NCBI RefSeq assembly: GCF_035594765.1
Contig: NW_026943819.1
Location: 17,224,703-17,288,702 of the forward strand
Direction: 5' to 3'
Source of the DNA: Anolis carolinensis
Lineage: Eukaryota
DNA length: 64,000 bases
In this document: in pieces, positions 61,940 to 64,000 of the stretch
Layout of the letters: each line of letters begins with the position of its first letter
Position numbering within the stretch: position 1 is the stretch's first letter
Position numbers and translations under genes: made by a program
The notes under the pieces: model-generated
Database searches by the model: none
Seen by the model: only the letters and a program-made list of their open reading frames with translations
Told to the model about the DNA's origin: nothing

Positions 61940-64000
61940 TATATGTGGTGGCACAATATTATCACAAAAATAATGCATGGACTTCTTTCCTGCCCATGAG
62001 CTACCATCCGTGTTGGTGTATTTTATGTGTGGCCAAAGATAATTCTTCTTCCGATGTGGCCCATGAAAGCCAAAAAGTTGGACACCCCCTGGTTTAGACA
62101 TTTTTTATAAATATATTGGATTTACTACATTGAATTCATGTTTATTGATGAGCTGCTTTGAGTGCCACCGTACGGCTGCATCTGGCTCCTGGTAGCTGTT
62201 CCGAGGGTTTTGGCATCTCTAATCTGTCCTTTCCATGGAGGAAAACAAAGGGCAGAAATGTTTCTCCTGGAAGGAGCCACAAGCATCAATCTACCTTTTG
62301 AACAGGTTACAAGGCCTCTCTGCATTGCTCAAAATCAAAGGAGGACAATTTCTGGCACCTTAAGTTGATTTCTTGCTACTTTGTGTTTGTTTACTACTTC
62401 AGCCCTCAAACCCGCCACAGTGCTCTAGAAATAGGTTCAAATTGGTGAGATAGTATTTGCACAAGTGAAATTGCTCCCAGGTTTGGAATGAGTGCAACAC
62501 AACTGGAAGCACTGTTGCCATCAAACATGCATGCATCGTGCTATTAGTTGACTGATTGTTTTCTTAAAATGTTATTGTGAAGATGAAGCTGCTGAATTCG
62601 TAATTCTAAAATGTTAAAGAAAGTGTGATGAAATAATGATTCTTGAGAAGATCAGGCATATCATACCTAGGCTCCTCCTTCTTATGTTTATTTCTACCCC
62701 TCTTTTCTCTCCAGAAAGGAGACTGAAAGTGGCTAATAAAGTCATCTAAGAAACTCATGCAGACTATATTCCTTAAAATAGGGTTTCTGACTATTAATCA
62801 CAAGAATCTGAGAAACGTTGTGCACCATCTACACATCTATTTTCATAAGGTTTAGGCAACTCATTGCAGCTTGGTAGCTGGTCGCAGATCTGATTTGTCA
62901 TAGTATTTGTTGATAACCTTATGAATTGCTGATGGGCATCTTGTGGCGTTTGGTATGTGCTGAGATTCAAAGAATTCAGTTTCCTCACAAACATTTCAAA
63001 CAACCATTCTAAAAATTATGTCCAGATTTAAAATCAAAATCACGAAATTTCAATGATGTTTAGGTCAGAGGGTTTTTAATATTTCATTTGGATCTCACTG
63101 TCAATATACTGTACCCAGGAAAATAAACTCACAAAAAGATTGAGTGAATTGTTGCCACCTCTTTATTGAAACAACATAGTCAGATGTGCAGTGGTGGAAA
63201 GAATGGTGGTAGCTACATCTGTAGCCTTGAGACTTCGCCTTGAAGTATTGAGAGGTGTCATCCGGGGCCATCTCAGCTGAGCCTCAAAACTCCAGGCACT
63301 CTGACGGAGCAACCTATTAGAAGGCACAACCATCTTCAATATCCCAATAACATTTTGGCAGTTAGCATGGAGAAGGCGAATAAATCATTTATACCAAGAG
63401 ATACTGTAGCAAAAAAAGTTGTTGTTTTTTTTAAAAAAAAAAAAGCATCCAAGGATAGTACAATCCCTATGCGTTCAGTTCATACATTCCAAGACCTCCC
63501 TTAGGCACCTGATACTATGGTGAACCTTATTTTATGCTATCGTTGGGCTAGATAAGGGACTTATCCCAATAACAGTTGAGAAAAAAGGTAAAGATGTTTA
63601 AAGATGTTCATAAGTCAATGAGCCTACTTTTTAGGAGTCAGTAATTTGGATAACTTCTTTAAAATTCGAAGTGCAGAGTAGATTCACTACTCCACTGACA
63701 GCAAACTGTTTCCCTCAGGTAGAACAATATTAGTATTTCAGACTGAATAATCCAGTTGCATGAACTGGTAGGCTGGACAGGAGAAAGTGAATACACAATC
63801 ATGGATCACTACCACCTTTCCCCAAGGTGTGGGTGACAATGGGAAAAGGGCTTGGAAATCTTAATACAGTAGGGGAGAAACAATATTAACTTCATATTCA
63901 TACCAGTGCTCATCGGATGCCATTGCATAAACTCCGCTCATCGCAGCAGAATCTAGCTACTATGTGATAAGGAAGACCGAATTTAGTTAAAAATTCACTT
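61940..64000. repeat. Segmental duplication copy B (3' flank and last exon of gene 9)
   Basis: Paralogous to 51550-53874. Holds the empty LTR site (ACTCC 63689-63693) and has extra blocks at ~62162-62430 and ~62605-63110. Confidence 0.85.
63910..64000 (-). CDS. Gene 9 (partial): 3' part of last exon of a PATE-like paralog of gene 8; continues beyond window
   Basis: ...SEFLTKFGLPYHIVARFCCDERSLCNGIR*. Aligns codon-for-codon with the gene 8 last exon, and the downstream flank is ~90% identical by eye. Confidence 0.85.
   Translation of the reverse strand, partial: SEFLTKFGLPYHIVARFCCDERSLCNGIR

Noticed and set aside
3018-64000. Calling the genes snake-type three-finger toxins or assigning PATE1-4 symbols
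   Set aside because: They lack the typical 3FTx signal peptide (MKTLLLTLVVV) and spacing; one-to-one orthology cannot be established without phylogeny.

Overview
Eukaryotic, repeat-dense genomic DNA from a squamate reptile. The repeat complement (Sauria SINE, 5S-derived SINE, CR1, L2, L1, Dong/R4, Penelope, hAT and Tc1/mariner MITEs, Helitrons, solo LTRs) is typical of an Anolis-like lizard; this assignment is an inference. The ORF track largely misses the real genes. By manual splicing I find a tandem cluster of nine small secreted Ly6/uPAR (three-finger) genes, eight complete and one cut by the window end. The complete ones have a signal-peptide exon (52 nt in 7 of 8), phase-1 introns, 10 conserved Cys ending CCxxxx(x)CN and no GPI tail. 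Cys spacing and architecture resemble the mammalian PATE family. Orientation is genes 1-2 minus, 3-6 plus, 7-9 minus. Notable points: a solo LTR inserted inside the last splice acceptor of gene 8; candidate 12/32/10-nt micro-exons in gene 8; a polybasic pro-segment in gene 3; coding divergence exceeding flank divergence between recent duplicates 8 and 9; four solo LTRs that all carry an open frame from LTR base +2 with chromatin-tether-like motifs; and a minimal hammerhead ribozyme in a Penelope repeat. All coordinates were read by eye. TE family names come from recalled consensus features and need RepeatMasker/Dfam confirmation.
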